In this document: piece by piece, positions 22,762-34,004 of the stretch | How the letters are laid out: the number at the start of each line of letters is the position of its first letter | Numbering within the stretch: position 1 is the stretch's first letter | Source: Cyanobacteria bacterium J06626_4 | GTDB lineage: Bacteria; Cyanobacteriota; Cyanobacteriia; Phormidesmidales; Phormidesmidaceae | DNA: 64,000 nt | Assembly (NCBI GenBank): GCA_038523235.1 | Contig: JBCBJQ010000019.1 | Span: 18,674-82,673 of the forward strand | Direction: 5' to 3' | Translations under genes and position numbers: made by a program | Notes under the pieces: model-generated | What the model was told of the DNA's origin: nothing | Database searches by the model: none | Seen by the model: the letters and a program-made list of their open reading frames with translations, nothing else

Positions 22762-23784
22762 TCGGTGATCGCGGGCGTTAGTTAAGGGGCCGCACTGCCG
22801 CACTCGTCGACAGCCACTGAAAGGGCCGATGAAGGCCGATGTGGACGCTCCTATCAAGTAGCGATATGGTTCTAGCGTGCTGCCATCGGTGCAGGGTCTC
22901 GGCCTGGCGGGGGGCACCAGCTTGCGGGGAGATCTGCCAGGGTTATGGTGGACCCGATATACTGTGCTGGCCACTTTGCTCATCCCCAATTCGGCAAAGT
23001 ATGGCGAGCCGCAGTCAGGTTTGGACACTTTCTAATTGCCGGCTCACTGGCGGCAAGGTTCTTCCCTGTACCTTGAACCCTGAACCTTTCTACCCTCTGC
23101 TATAGCGCTATCGATCACCCTAGCCATTCGCCGGGCACTCCAAACTGAGAGAACTGCTATTGGGACATCTCGGAGCGCTTTTAATCCTTCGTGCATCAGC
23201 AAAGTGGCTCTGCAGTCTCGTTCTGAACCAGACTGGCGACTACGATACATTTGAGCCGACCTGAGGGAGTTGCTTAAAAATCGCCTCTCCAATTGCTGGG
23301 ATTTGACACCTGCAGCAGAGTTCGGCCTGCAGCGGTCGGAATCCTCTGCAGGAAGGGCAAGCCGTCGACTAGTTTCAAAGTGATGATCCGCGACTAAATC
23401 CCGTCGCCAGAGCCAGGGGTGAGTGCGGTGTTGCAATCGACTGAAAATGACTGAGTGGGCGACCAAAATCATTGCCTCCGAGGATTAGACAACCGCAAGG
23501 TTACTGATTTCTAAGTTTTGCAACGCCCACCGCCCATCAAGCGGGAAACTGCTTTCTAGGCTCGAAAGCTTTAGAGACGCATGCGTTAGGGTATCTGTTA
23601 AGGATGTGGTCCCCCGGTGCGATCGCGCTTCGCGTTTCGGGAAATATACTGAGGACAGCGTCCAGTTTGTTAACTGGCCTCCAGCATCTTTTAGGTAAAC
23701 GTCGGCATCGGGGTTGAAGCATTTACATAGACTCTCGAAAACCATCCAAAAGGTGAGCGGTTTGTTGCCCTCGCCTTCTTGCTC

Positions 23785-25968
23785 ATGAACCATCCACTGC
23801 CTGATAACTCTCAAGGACACAGCTCCCTAGCCGCAATCGTCCTCACTGACGCGGTCGGGTTTAGTGCCCGTATGTCTACCGATGAAGAAGACACCCTGAG
23901 CTTGATTCATCGTGATCTCAAGCTGATGGAGACCCTCTGTCGGCAGTTTGAGGGGCAGGTCATTAAATCGACGGGGGATGGTTTGCTGATGTGCTTTACC
24001 AGTGCGGTAAAGGCCGTTAGCTGCAGCTTAGAAATTCAGCGTCAATTGGTCACCCCAACTCAGCCCTCTCAAAAGCGACTAGAGCATCGCATCGGCGTGC
24101 ATTTGGGCGATGTTTTCTTCAAAGATGATGATGTTATGGGTAACGGGGTCAATATTGCGGCTCGCCTGCAGACAGAGGCTCAGCCGGCAGGGATTTGCAT
24201 CTCTCAGGTGGTCTATGAAGTGGTGAAATCGCGGCTGGCGCTTAACGCCTCCTATGCCGGGCCGCTACAGCTCAAAAATATTCAAGCCCCCCAACCGGCT
24301 TACCACGTCAATCACGATTTGGATGCGTTACCGCCGCCTGTGGCGGCATCGATGGAAGATGTGTCTGCGCAAGCGGTGACTGAAATCGAACCGCCGTCAG
24401 ATGCCCCCAAGCCCGTTGGGTCACCGCGCGATAAGCTCCGCCCCGGCAGCAAAATTGGGGGGCGTTATGTCGTGCAGCGAGTGCTCGGGCAGGGGGGCTT
24501 TGGTCGCTCATACCTGGTGGAAGACTCGCAACGATTTGGCGAAGCCTGTGTGCTGAAAGAATTTTTTCCCCGCAATGCCTCGAAGCGATCGCTGCAAAAA
24601 GCGTTGGATTTGTTTAAGCGTGAGGCGAAGACGCTTTATCAAATTAGTCATCCCCAGGTGCCCAAATTTTTGGCCGGTTTTACCCAAGAGCAGCGCCTAT
24701 TTATTGTGCAGGAATACGTCCACGGCGTGACCTATTCCCACCTGCTCAAAGAGCGCAAGCGCGAGGGGCAAGCCTTTGCTGAGCAGGAGGTCAAACGGTG
24801 GATGATTCACATGCTGCAGGTGTTGGAATATCTGCATAATCTCAACATCGTGCACCGCGACATTTCACCTGACAATGTGATGTATTGTCGCGATCGCGAC
24901 CTGCCCGTGCTGATTGACTTTGGCCTGGTCAATGATGCCATGAGCGAGATTTTGTCCGGCGATTTGGATGAAGAAGACATGCCGCGATCGGCCACCGTCG
25001 TCGGCAAGTTTGGCTACTCTCCCCCCGAACAGATTCAGCTGGGGCAGTGTTTTCCCTGCAGCGATTTGTACGCCCTCGGGGTGACCGCGATCGTTCTGCT
25101 GACCGGTCGGTATCCGCGGGAGCTGATGGATCGCAACACGTTAGATTGGCAATGGCGACAGCATGTTGACCTGACCTATTCGTTCACCACAGTCTTGCAA
25201 CAGCTGATTCATCGTCAGCCGCAAGAGCGCTATCAGTCGGCCAGAGAGGTGTTAGAAGCCATCACGCCGCTACTCGATAGCGACGAGGTCAGCTCGCCGC
25301 TGCCGCAATCGATGATGACGACCACGCGCATCGATCTCTCGCCCGATCCAAACGCGGCCCCCGTGTTTAATGCGCCGCTACAGGTGGGCTCGGGGTCGGT
25401 TTTACCAGAAGCCGCCTTTGTCAATGAGTGTCGGCAAGCGCTCATGCGCTGTATTGGCCCCATGGCCACCCTCGTGCTCGAAGATGTTTTGGATCAATAT
25501 CCCGACGCTAGTCCCCAAGAGCTGGTCGATATTTTAGCGGCGCAGCTCTCCGATGGTCAGCAGGCCAGTCAATTTGTCAGCAGCGTTCAGGTGCCGAGGC
25601 CTTCGATGGTGTCTCAGCCGCCCAGTGGTCTGCAGTCGATGGGCCAGTCGGGGGTGCAGAGTGCTGCTCAGCCGCTTAGCCGTACGTCAGCCGCCAGCGC
25701 GTCGGCAGCCAGCCAGGTGACTAATCCCAGTGGGGCCAGTCCCAGTGGGGCCAGTCAGGCATCGGCAGCCCCGCCTGAGCTGAGCTCTGAATTTGTTAAT
25801 CGCTGTCGGCAGGCGCTCAAGCGGTGTGTTGGCCCTATCGCCGATATGCTGCTCGAAGATACTTTGACTGATTACCCTAATCTCGGGCCACAGGAACTCG
25901 TCGCCCAACTCGCGGCGGAAATCCCGAACCCAAGTAAGGCTGAGGAATTTCAACAGCAGTTACAGTGA
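23785..25968 (+). CDS. Class III nucleotide cyclase / Ser-Thr kinase fusion with two C-terminal repeats
   Basis: Cyclase: TDAVGFS, KSTGDG, GNGVNIAARLQ. Kinase: GQGGFG, VLKE, HRDISPDN, DFG, GYSPPE. Two CRQAL.RC(I/V)GP(M/I)A repeats. Confidence 0.9.
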   Translation: MNHPLPDNSQGHSSLAAIVLTDAVGFSARMSTDEEDTLSLIHRDLKLMETLCRQFEGQVIKSTGDGLLMCFTSAVKAVSCSLEIQRQLVTPTQPSQKRLEHRIGVHLGDVFFKDDDVMGNGVNIAARLQTEAQPAGICISQVVYEVVKSRLALNASYAGPLQLKNIQAPQPAYHVNHDLDALPPPVAASMEDVSAQAVTEIEPPSDAPKPVGSPRDKLRPGSKIGGRYVVQRVLGQGGFGRSYLVEDSQRFGEACVLKEFFPRNASKRSLQKALDLFKREAKTLYQISHPQVPKFLAGFTQEQRLFIVQEYVHGVTYSHLLKERKREGQAFAEQEVKRWMIHMLQVLEYLHNLNIVHRDISPDNVMYCRDRDLPVLIDFGLVNDAMSEILSGDLDEEDMPRSATVVGKFGYSPPEQIQLGQCFPCSDLYALGVTAIVLLTGRYPRELMDRNTLDWQWRQHVDLTYSFTTVLQQLIHRQPQERYQSAREVLEAITPLLDSDEVSSPLPQSMMTTTRIDLSPDPNAAPVFNAPLQVGSGSVLPEAAFVNECRQALMRCIGPMATLVLEDVLDQYPDASPQELVDILAAQLSDGQQASQFVSSVQVPRPSMVSQPPSGLQSMGQSGVQSAAQPLSRTSAASASAASQVTNPSGASPSGASQASAAPPELSSEFVNRCRQALKRCVGPIADMLLEDTLTDYPNLGPQELVAQLAAEIPNPSKAEEFQQQLQ

Positions 25969-26395
25969 GTCAACAGTCGCCATCACAGAATGCGGAATGC
26001 AGAATACCCTTCGGTAAGTGCAAGGCCCGACGGAAGTCGGCGTTGACAAGCCTATCAGATGTTGATTTCAGCGATAGCGAGCCGTAGTCAGGGTTGGAAA
26101 CTTTTAATCGCCGGATCGCCTGCGGCAAGCCCCTTCCTGTCACCTTTCTACCCTCTGCTATCTCTGGAATGACCTGATCAAATTGTGGCTTGCTATGGTC
26201 CACTTAGGGCAAGACGACTGCCAGGCTACTTTACTGATGCGCTAAGCACTGGAGTGCCTCTGGAGTTCCTGGCAAAGGGTCCAGCGCCATAGATTACTGA
26301 TTGCGCTGGGCCGCTCTCGCGAGAGCGCTCTAAACGCTTTGCAGCTCGTGACGGTAAGCCCCAACCCGATAGAGGCTGGGGAATTGCAATAGCGG

Positions 26396-27334
26396 TTACT
26401 GTGACAGGTCGTTGGCTGAACTGCGCCGCCCTTCGCGATAGCGCTCTAAACGCTGCATCGCCATTTGTAAACTCAGACGCATACGGTTAAAGGCATCTGA
26501 GAGCTTGCCGACCTCGTCTTTCGAGTCGTGGGTAAATTCGGCAGCGGTATCGCCCATGCTGACCGCTTCGGCTACCTGGGCCATGCGATTCAAAGGCTTC
26601 ACGACAAAGCGCTTGAGCCAGAGGTTCACCAAAATCGTGGCGATCGCAAAGGCGATGATAAAGATGCCCAAAATCAACACCAGGGATTGGCGGGCTCCCT
26701 GCACGACCTTTGCCGCTGGCACGGAAATCATTTGTGCCCCGACGATTTCATTCAGCTCCCAGTCAAAGCCGTTCGCCGAGCCGTAGCGCTCGATCATGCT
26801 GGCGGGGGCGGCAGCCGGGGTGCTGTGGCACTCTAAACAGCTGGCATTGGTAATTTGAATGGGGCGCGCAATGTAATACAGCTTGCCGGCGGGCGTCCGG
26901 CGAAAGCCGCTCACTTCCGAGGCATTATCAGGGTTTTGCCGAAACTGACCGACCAGCTCAGCTTCAAAGTCGTCAGCCTTATCGCGCAGATTGGTCGGGT
27001 TCAGCGTCGCTTCTTTGTAAAAGAAATCGCTATAGGCCGGGTTGAGCCGGAAGGTTTCAAACACTTCGCGAGCGGAGTAGGCCGGTACACTCTCCGGCAA
27101 AAATTCTGCTTCGAGGCGATCGGCAATCTCTGGCTGCACGTGATCGTTGGTGTAGGTGCGGATGGCGTTCATGGTTTCCATCATCATCAACGCCTTGGTG
27201 GTGAGCTGGCCCTGGGTGCTGCGGTTGAGCACTGATGACAGCGCCACACCACTGGCGAGTACGCCACCAAGAAAAACCAGCACGAGCAATAGCGTAAATT
27301 TTTGGCCTAATTGGAGGTTTTTGAGCTTGAACAT
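26396..27334 (-). CDS. Membrane sensor with c-type heme domain (DUF3365/Tll0287-like) and HAMP, no output domain
   Basis: TM, periplasmic domain with YKEATLNPTN and CLECH, TM, HAMP (VVKPL..M...A..VS.GD...DEVG.L..AFNRM). Confidence 0.88.
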   Translation of the reverse strand: MFKLKNLQLGQKFTLLLVLVFLGGVLASGVALSSVLNRSTQGQLTTKALMMMETMNAIRTYTNDHVQPEIADRLEAEFLPESVPAYSAREVFETFRLNPAYSDFFYKEATLNPTNLRDKADDFEAELVGQFRQNPDNASEVSGFRRTPAGKLYYIARPIQITNASCLECHSTPAAAPASMIERYGSANGFDWELNEIVGAQMISVPAAKVVQGARQSLVLILGIFIIAFAIATILVNLWLKRFVVKPLNRMAQVAEAVSMGDTAAEFTHDSKDEVGKLSDAFNRMRLSLQMAMQRLERYREGRRSSANDLSQ

Positions 27335-27721
27335 AATGGGCAATTTGTGACGGTGCTATTAGTTTCAATACAGCTTGGGGGCGGCGATTTCGCACACCTT
27401 GAGAACCGCTGGCGCTAAGGGAGCGGCTCAGTCAGCCAACTGATGAATTTGGATAGCGGCACCCTGAGTCAAGCGAGAAAAAGTTGATGCTATTGGCTGC
27501 TTCTATTTACGCATGCAGCGTGAGTCCCCCGGCAAAAGCGTTGCTTTATTTCACGCGATCGCCCACCGCAGCAACCTTTCTACAAGTGCGATCGCCTGGG
27601 AATAAAGTCATCAAAGCTGAGTTTGAAACCTTGAAGTGCTCTCCTGCGCATGGTGGATTGGCTTACCGGTCGATCGCTTGCCTCCAGCGCTAGACTCAAA
27701 CTATTGCCCTCACTCAAGATC

Positions 27722-28594
27722 ATGGCCCACCTCAAAGATCGCCGCCCCCAAAACATCGATGGCGACATTTATGTCGACAGCTCTTGTATTGACTGCGATA
27801 CCTGCCGCTGGATGGCCCCCGACATCTTCACCCGCGCAGACGGCCAATCCGCCGTATCCCAGCAGCCCCAGACCGAGGCCGATCGCCTCGCGGCCTTGCA
27901 AGCTGTGCTCTCCTGCCCCACCGCCTCCATTGGCACGATCGCGCCGCCCCCTGATATGAAGGTGGCCCAGGCTAGCTTTCCCATTCCCATTGCCGACAAC
28001 GTTTACCACTGCGGCTACCATTCCGAAAAATCCTATGGAGCCGCCAGCTACTTTATTCAGCGGCCTGAAGGCAACATTTTGATCGACTCACCCCGCTTTG
28101 CTGCGCCTCTAGTGAAGCAATTAGAGGCGCTCGGCGGCGTGCGATATCTGTACCTCACCCACCGCGATGATGTGGCCGACCATCAGCAGTTTCACGATCG
28201 CTTTGGCTGCGATCGGCTACTGCACCGCGATGATGTGACCGCAGGCACCGCCGCTGTCGAAATCGTGCTCGAAGGAGCTGATCCGACGGCACTAGACGCC
28301 GACGTCAAAATCATTCCCGTGCCTGGTCATACGAAAGGCCATACCGTGCTGCTGTATCGCGATCGCTTCCTGTTTACCGGCGATCACCTGGCTTGGTCGG
28401 TGCGGCTGCATCAGCTTTATGCGTTTCATCGCTTTTGCTGGTATTCCTGGCCGCAGCAAATTGAGTCAATGGCCAAACTCACCGCCTACGACTTTGAGTG
28501 GGTGCTGCCGGGGCATGGTCGCCGTCATCAAGCTGACCAAGCCACCATGGCCCAGCAGCTACAAAAGTGCGTGGACTGGATGAAAGCGCAATAG
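27722..28594 (+). CDS. Ferredoxin-domain MBL-fold metallo-hydrolase
   Basis: CIDCDTC...CP N-terminal domain; THRDDVADH, PGHTKGH, FTGDH, PGHG. Confidence 0.9.
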   Translation: MAHLKDRRPQNIDGDIYVDSSCIDCDTCRWMAPDIFTRADGQSAVSQQPQTEADRLAALQAVLSCPTASIGTIAPPPDMKVAQASFPIPIADNVYHCGYHSEKSYGAASYFIQRPEGNILIDSPRFAAPLVKQLEALGGVRYLYLTHRDDVADHQQFHDRFGCDRLLHRDDVTAGTAAVEIVLEGADPTALDADVKIIPVPGHTKGHTVLLYRDRFLFTGDHLAWSVRLHQLYAFHRFCWYSWPQQIESMAKLTAYDFEWVLPGHGRRHQADQATMAQQLQKCVDWMKAQ

Positions 28595-28608
28595 CGTCGC
28601 CGAACGGT

Positions 28609-29685
28609 TTAATAGCGAGCCACCCCTACTGCCACTGCGTCGCTAGCATGTTGGCCCTGACACGTTTTCATGGCCGACTCGATCGCCTGCAAAGCCTCAT
28701 CGATATCCGCCTGACTCACCATCAGATTAGTTACCGCCCGCAGCGTGTTCGCGCCAGTTGGTAGCACGCCGACGCCGAGTTCCGCCAGTTGAGTGGCCAA
28801 AGTTGTTGCTGGAATGCTCTCCGGCGTGTGGAAATAGACGAGGTTGGTCTCGACTTCCTCTAGGGCGATCGCAATGCCGTCGATCTGCTGCAGCCCGACC
28901 GCGAGGCGCTGGGCGTTGGCATGGTCATCGGCGAGGCGATCGCGGTGATGCTTGAGGGCATATAGCGCTCCCGCCGCAATGATGCCTGCCTGCCGCATAC
29001 CGCCGCCAAACATTTTGCGAAACCGGCGCGCCCGCTGCATCAAGTCCTTCGGTCCAACTAAGGCGGAACCCACCGGTGCGCCCAGCCCTTTCGAAAAGCA
29101 AACGCTCACCGTGTCAAAGGGGGCAGCATAGGCTGCTTCTGCCTGGCCCGTCGCCACACAGGCATTCCAAAACCGCGCCCCGTCGAGATGCAGCCGCAGC
29201 GCATGGTCACGACATACCGCCGCAATTTCCTCAATTTCGGATAGCGGAAAAATGCTGCCGCCGCCACGATTGTGGGTGTTCTCTAAACACACCAGCTTGG
29301 TGCGGGGATAGTGCTCATTCCAGGGTCGCAGCGCCTTTTGCAAATCGGCAGCAGTGAAGATGCCGCGCTGTCCTTCAATCAGTTTGCACATCACGCCCGA
29401 TAGTGCCGCTGGACCACCCGCCTCGTAAAAATAAATGTGGGCCTGACTTTCCAGAATAATTTCGTCACCCGGTTCGGTATGGGTGCGCAGCGCCACCTGA
29501 TTGGTCATGGTGCCTGATGGCATGTAAACTGCCGCTTCTTTACCCAATAAGGCAGCGACAGTGTCCTCTAATTGGTTGACGGTGGGGTCATCGCCCAGCA
29601 CATCATCGCCGACTGGGGTACGGGCGATCGCGGCGCGCATCTCGGCGGTGGGTTGAGTAACGGTGTCGCTACGCAGGTCAATCAT
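28609..29685 (-). CDS. ltaE: Low-specificity L-threonine aldolase
   Basis: [39 protein letters not shown]. Confidence 0.93.
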   Translation of the reverse strand: MIDLRSDTVTQPTAEMRAAIARTPVGDDVLGDDPTVNQLEDTVAALLGKEAAVYMPSGTMTNQVALRTHTEPGDEIILESQAHIYFYEAGGPAALSGVMCKLIEGQRGIFTAADLQKALRPWNEHYPRTKLVCLENTHNRGGGSIFPLSEIEEIAAVCRDHALRLHLDGARFWNACVATGQAEAAYAAPFDTVSVCFSKGLGAPVGSALVGPKDLMQRARRFRKMFGGGMRQAGIIAAGALYALKHHRDRLADDHANAQRLAVGLQQIDGIAIALEEVETNLVYFHTPESIPATTLATQLAELGVGVLPTGANTLRAVTNLMVSQADIDEALQAIESAMKTCQGQHASDAVAVGVARY

Positions 29686-30056
29686 AGGAAGGGGGGTGAG
29701 GGATGACAGAGTGGGGTGAGTCGGCATGACTCGCTGATTCTAGGCTAGAGCATTTGTCGCCATCAAAACGAGTGATCTGCCGCACAATGTGACAGTAATG
29801 AGCAGCGCGATCGCGGCTCATAATACCGATTGCTAGCTTGATGCGAAGCATGAAGTATGGTGGAGAGACCTTTCCAGCTGGAGGAGTGTTTCTACCGCTG
29901 AGGCGCTAAAGACACAAGCATCTGTCCTGGCATGCCGAATTGATTGTCTCTGGCTGCAGCAGTGACATCAGCAGCGGTGCGATCGAGGCAGAAAAAGCAG
30001 CATTCACCGACCGCGATCGCCTATCCTACGATGCAAGTTGGTTACTAAGGCAGACC

Positions 30057-31055
30057 GTGGTCAACACTTCAACAGATCCGCACCGCCCCGGCTTAACGTT
30101 GCCCGCGATGGGCTGTGGCACCTGGGCTTGGGGCAATCGTTTGCTGTGGGGCTATACCCCCGATATGGACGAGCAACTGCAGGCCGTATTTGACCACTGC
30201 GTCAGTCACGGCATCACGCTGTTTGACACCGGCGACTCTTATGGGACTGGGCGACTCAATGGCCGCAGTGAAACGCTGTTGGGGCAGTTTGCCAATGGCT
30301 ATCAGGGCGACCATCGCGAACAGATTTGTTTGGCCACTAAGCTGGCTGCTTATCCCTGGCGGCTGACGCGGGGTGCCATGATCAACGCTTGCATTGCCTC
30401 CTCGCGGCGGTTTGGTCGTGGCGTTGACTTAGCTCAGCTGCACTGGTCAACGGCCAACTATGCCCCCTGGCAAGAGGGCACGCTGTTAGATGGCCTGGCC
30501 GATCTCTATGAGCAGCATCAGGTGCGCGGTGTGGGCCTGTCGAACTTTGGCCCCAAGCGCTTGAGAAAGATTTATCCCCAGTTTCGCGATCGCGGCGTGC
30601 CAATTACCACCCTGCAGGTTCAATATTCGCTGCTGTCGACCTATCCGGTCACCCAGTTGGGCATTCAAGCAGTGTGTGATGAACTGGGCATTCGCCTGAT
30701 TGCCTACAGCCCACTGGCGTTAGGATTGTTGACTGGCAAATATCAGATGGGTAGTGCCCTGCCTGCCGGGCTGCGCGGTGTGCTGTTTCGTCAGCTGCTG
30801 CCAGGGGTCAAACCGATCCTCGACACCGTCGAAGCGATCGCCCTATTTCGAGAGAAAACAATGGCTCAGGTGGCGCTCAACTGGTGCATCTGCAAAGGCT
30901 TTATCCCGATCCCTGGGGCTAAGACGCTGGCCCAAGCTCAGCAAAATACCGGGGCGCTGGGCTGGCAATTAGATGCAGGAGAAGTGCTTGAGCTAGACAA
31001 TGCGGTGAACCGGAGCGACAAGCAGATGGTGCAAAACATCTTTCAAACCCAGTGA
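30057..31055 (+). CDS. Aldo/keto reductase (pyridoxal reductase-like)
   Basis: GCGTWAWG, FDTGDSYG, VGLSN, AYSPLALG, IPIPGAK; start uncertain (GTG 30057 chosen). Confidence 0.88.
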   Translation: MVNTSTDPHRPGLTLPAMGCGTWAWGNRLLWGYTPDMDEQLQAVFDHCVSHGITLFDTGDSYGTGRLNGRSETLLGQFANGYQGDHREQICLATKLAAYPWRLTRGAMINACIASSRRFGRGVDLAQLHWSTANYAPWQEGTLLDGLADLYEQHQVRGVGLSNFGPKRLRKIYPQFRDRGVPITTLQVQYSLLSTYPVTQLGIQAVCDELGIRLIAYSPLALGLLTGKYQMGSALPAGLRGVLFRQLLPGVKPILDTVEAIALFREKTMAQVALNWCICKGFIPIPGAKTLAQAQQNTGALGWQLDAGEVLELDNAVNRSDKQMVQNIFQTQ

Positions 31056-31402
31056 ACGGTTTACGATCTAGGGATGCTCTGTACGTAACTTTGCGTAGCC
31101 CATGCCGTGACGAAATCGAAATAGAGACGTCATTATCTTGATCTCTGCTTCACAAAAGTCGCTGATTTGATGAAGTCTAATTAAACTTTCGGGAAAGCGA
31201 TCGCGGTCGCTTATTAGCATTCCAATATTAATAGTACGAGAGTCAGCCAACCTTCAGACGGTTTACTCGTTTGTCATCTATCGATACGGTATCAAGTCAT
31301 TCGCATCTACCCGGCAGTGACTTTGTGCCCGGCCGTTCACGCCGTATCGCACTCAAAACAACTACGCCATCCATTACTCAACGTTTTGGGAGAAATTTTG
31401 CT

Positions 31403-31570
31403 ATGCGCGTCTATACCAACTCAACCTTAAGAAGTCTTGTCGGCTATGGCAAGCTTTTAGCGGGTCTCGCCGTACTACTCGTCTTGCTATATCAAGGGTC
31501 TAGAATCCTGCAGAACGATCCAGCCCTGCAAGAACTCAGAAATTTACTGCAGATTGAAGAAGCTCAGTAG
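31403..31570 (+). CDS. Possible small single-TM protein
   Basis: 55-aa ORF after GGGAG, one hydrophobic segment; no family recognised. Confidence 0.4.
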   Translation: MRVYTNSTLRSLVGYGKLLAGLAVLLVLLYQGSRILQNDPALQELRNLLQIEEAQ

Positions 31571-31709
31571 ATTCAAAACGTCGTCACGCGAAGATGCCCA
31601 CGCTGGTGATCGTCTTGCTCGATTGTGAGGCAACCTCCGAGTCCGCGATGCCATCGCTTAGTGACGAACCTGAGGTCATGGTGTAAGACCTGACCTCACT
31701 TGCCCAAAA

Positions 31710-32255
31710 TTAACCCGTAAAGCCTGGCAGGCTGACCGCATCGCCGGCAAAACTGGGGAGATCAAGCTGTTGCGATCGTCGAGTACGCACGGCCAGCCGA
31801 TAGCTCACACTCTGGAGTTCGGCTTGCAAACGGCGGTTCTCGGTTTGCAGGTCTTTAACCTTGCCGCGCACTGCATCCATACGATCTTCAAACTTTTGGC
31901 GGTAAACCTTCGGTAGCTCTTGCACCACCTGCTCTAACATCCGCGTGCGATCTGTCAGCTCTTGCACTGTTTGCCGCAGCTGCACCGTTTCATCGTTACG
32001 TTCTTCGAGCTGACCCTGATAAAAGGTGACTTGCTGCTCAACGCCCTGCAGCTGCTCGCGCAACGCGCGCACCTCAGCCTGCTGCTGCTCAGACGATTCA
32101 GTTGTTGTGGGCGTTACTCCAGCGTTGCCCTTGACGAGGCGAAACAGCTCTCTTGAGAGCTGTTGCACTAACTCATCCCGCATCTGCAACTCTTCTCGGA
32201 GACGAGCAACTTCAGCTTGCTGGGTGGAATATGAGGAATTTACTACTTGCGTCAC
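31710..32255 (-). CDS. Conserved cyanobacterial coiled-coil protein (Npun_F5560-like)
   Basis: ELQMRD.LVQQLS.ELFRLVKGN...YRLAVR; start approximate. Confidence 0.78.
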   Translation of the reverse strand: MTQVVNSSYSTQQAEVARLREELQMRDELVQQLSRELFRLVKGNAGVTPTTTESSEQQQAEVRALREQLQGVEQQVTFYQGQLEERNDETVQLRQTVQELTDRTRMLEQVVQELPKVYRQKFEDRMDAVRGKVKDLQTENRRLQAELQSVSYRLAVRTRRSQQLDLPSFAGDAVSLPGFTG

Positions 32256-32678
32256 ACCGCTAACCCTAGTTCCCAAAAATCTTCAGAAGTACCCTACTCG
32301 CAGCTTGTGCACCTGATGCCTCAAATCTTCAATACGCCACTCAAGACCACGAAGGTTAAAAGCTCCAGGCTGATCTAGCTAGTGCAGTAAATGGCAGAAA
32401 AGCTGCTCAAAACACCACAGTTCGACCATTTCGAATTTGATTGCTGATACTCTAGCACTTCATTTCATAAATGCAACCTATTTATCTAGGCAAATCTGCA
32501 TTCAAGATGAAACGTTAGCTTTTTTTCAGCAAACGGGTGTTCAACTGGCTGATGTCTCAGACAATGTCGGTTCTGACAGAATCCGCCTGCTACGGCAGCA
32601 GCGCAGCAGGCGGAAACCAAAAGCACGAATTTTCTGAAATTTTGAGGGCAGTGAGTACACCGCCCTCATTATCTTGCC

Positions 32679-33059
32679 CTAAGCGGCACCAGGAGGCGGC
32701 GCAGAAGACCCTGCCGCAGTGGCTGCTTCGGGGGCAGGCATATCATTGGCATCGGCGAGATCGTCGGTCAGTTCTTGCTTGAGGGTTAGATATCGAATGA
32801 CGTTTTCGCTGAGACGCATGGCTCGCTCCATCGGTGCCACGACATGCCCCAGTCCTTGGTAATTCATTTGAATGTAGATGCCTTCGCGATGATTCTGAAT
32901 CTCGTAGGCGAGGCGACGCTTACCCCGGTGCTGTGTTTCTAAAATTGTGGCTCCCTGCTCTTGCAGAATCTCTTGGTAGCGGGCAATTTCAGCATCTACG
33001 ACCTCTTCGACAATGTCGGGTCGCAGGATATACATCGTCTCGTACATTAAATTTTTCAT
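32679..33059 (-). CDS. rpsF: 30S ribosomal protein S6
   Basis: [32 protein letters not shown]. Confidence 0.97.
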   Translation of the reverse strand: MKNLMYETMYILRPDIVEEVVDAEIARYQEILQEQGATILETQHRGKRRLAYEIQNHREGIYIQMNYQGLGHVVAPMERAMRLSENVIRYLTLKQELTDDLADANDMPAPEAATAAGSSAPPPGAA

Positions 33060-33188
33060 GAAAGCGCTCCTTGTGGACAAATGGCCTTTCCCGGTATAAA
33101 TGGCTTCAGGCGACTTCTCAGCGAATCGCTCCTGGCCACTTGGGTAAAAGGCAAGGATCTACAATCATACCAGTATTCGAAGGAATTC

Positions 33189-34004
33189 ATGGCGCAACGC
33201 TACGTTCGAGTTCAATCGCAGTCGCGACAACTGCACTACGGTTTGCTTCAGTCTGATCGCAGTGTTCACGTGCTGGATGCCCCGCCGTGGCTGCAGGGTG
33301 AGGTCACTGAGACCGTTCTCGAAGCAGATAGTTACCAGTTGCTGGCACCCTGTGCCCCGTCCAAGATTATTGCGGTCGGCAAAAACTATGCGAAACATGC
33401 TGCCGAGATGGGGGGAGAGCTGCCTCAAGAACCGCTCCTATTCATGAAACCTTCAACGGCAGTCATTGCCACCCATTCCCCGATTTTGTATCCTCCTCAG
33501 TCGCAGCGCGTCGATTACGAAGGGGAGCTAGCATTAGTCATCGGGGCTCGGTGTCTCGATTGTGATGTCGCCGCCGCCCGCGACAAAATTTGGGGCTATA
33601 CCATTGCCAATGATGTCACGGCTCGCGATCTGCAGGCTCGCGATCGCCAATGGATTCGCGCTAAGGGCTTTGACTCGTTTTGCCCATTAGGCCCGTGGAT
33701 TGTCCGCGAGCTGAATCCGGAGGCGCGCATTCAGACGTTTTTAAACGAACAGCCGACACCCGTGCAGCTCGGCGAAATTAGCGACATGATCTTCAAGCCC
33801 GCCGCGCTGGTGGCCTATATCAGTCAGGTGATGACCTTATTGCCCGGCGATGTGGTGTTGACGGGCACCCCCGCTGGCGTTGGCCCGCTGGCGCTGGGCG
33901 ATCGCGTGCGGGTAGAGATTGAAGGCATCGGCTCTCTCGAAAATTCAGTGCAAGCGCGACCTGCGCTAGTGCCGTCGATGGATTCGATGGAATCCGAAGG
34001 TTAG
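33189..34004 (+). CDS. Fumarylacetoacetate hydrolase family protein
   Basis: KII.VGKNY..H, DYEGEL, NDVTARD, AKGFD.FCPLGP, TGTP.GV. Confidence 0.93.
   Translation: MAQRYVRVQSQSRQLHYGLLQSDRSVHVLDAPPWLQGEVTETVLEADSYQLLAPCAPSKIIAVGKNYAKHAAEMGGELPQEPLLFMKPSTAVIATHSPILYPPQSQRVDYEGELALVIGARCLDCDVAAARDKIWGYTIANDVTARDLQARDRQWIRAKGFDSFCPLGPWIVRELNPEARIQTFLNEQPTPVQLGEISDMIFKPAALVAYISQVMTLLPGDVVLTGTPAGVGPLALGDRVRVEIEGIGSLENSVQARPALVPSMDSMESEG

Noticed and set aside
22762..23784. 1 kb intergenic region with several 60-140 aa ORFs
   Set aside because: None looks protein-like and I recognised no RNA family; only the 20-mer repeat is reported
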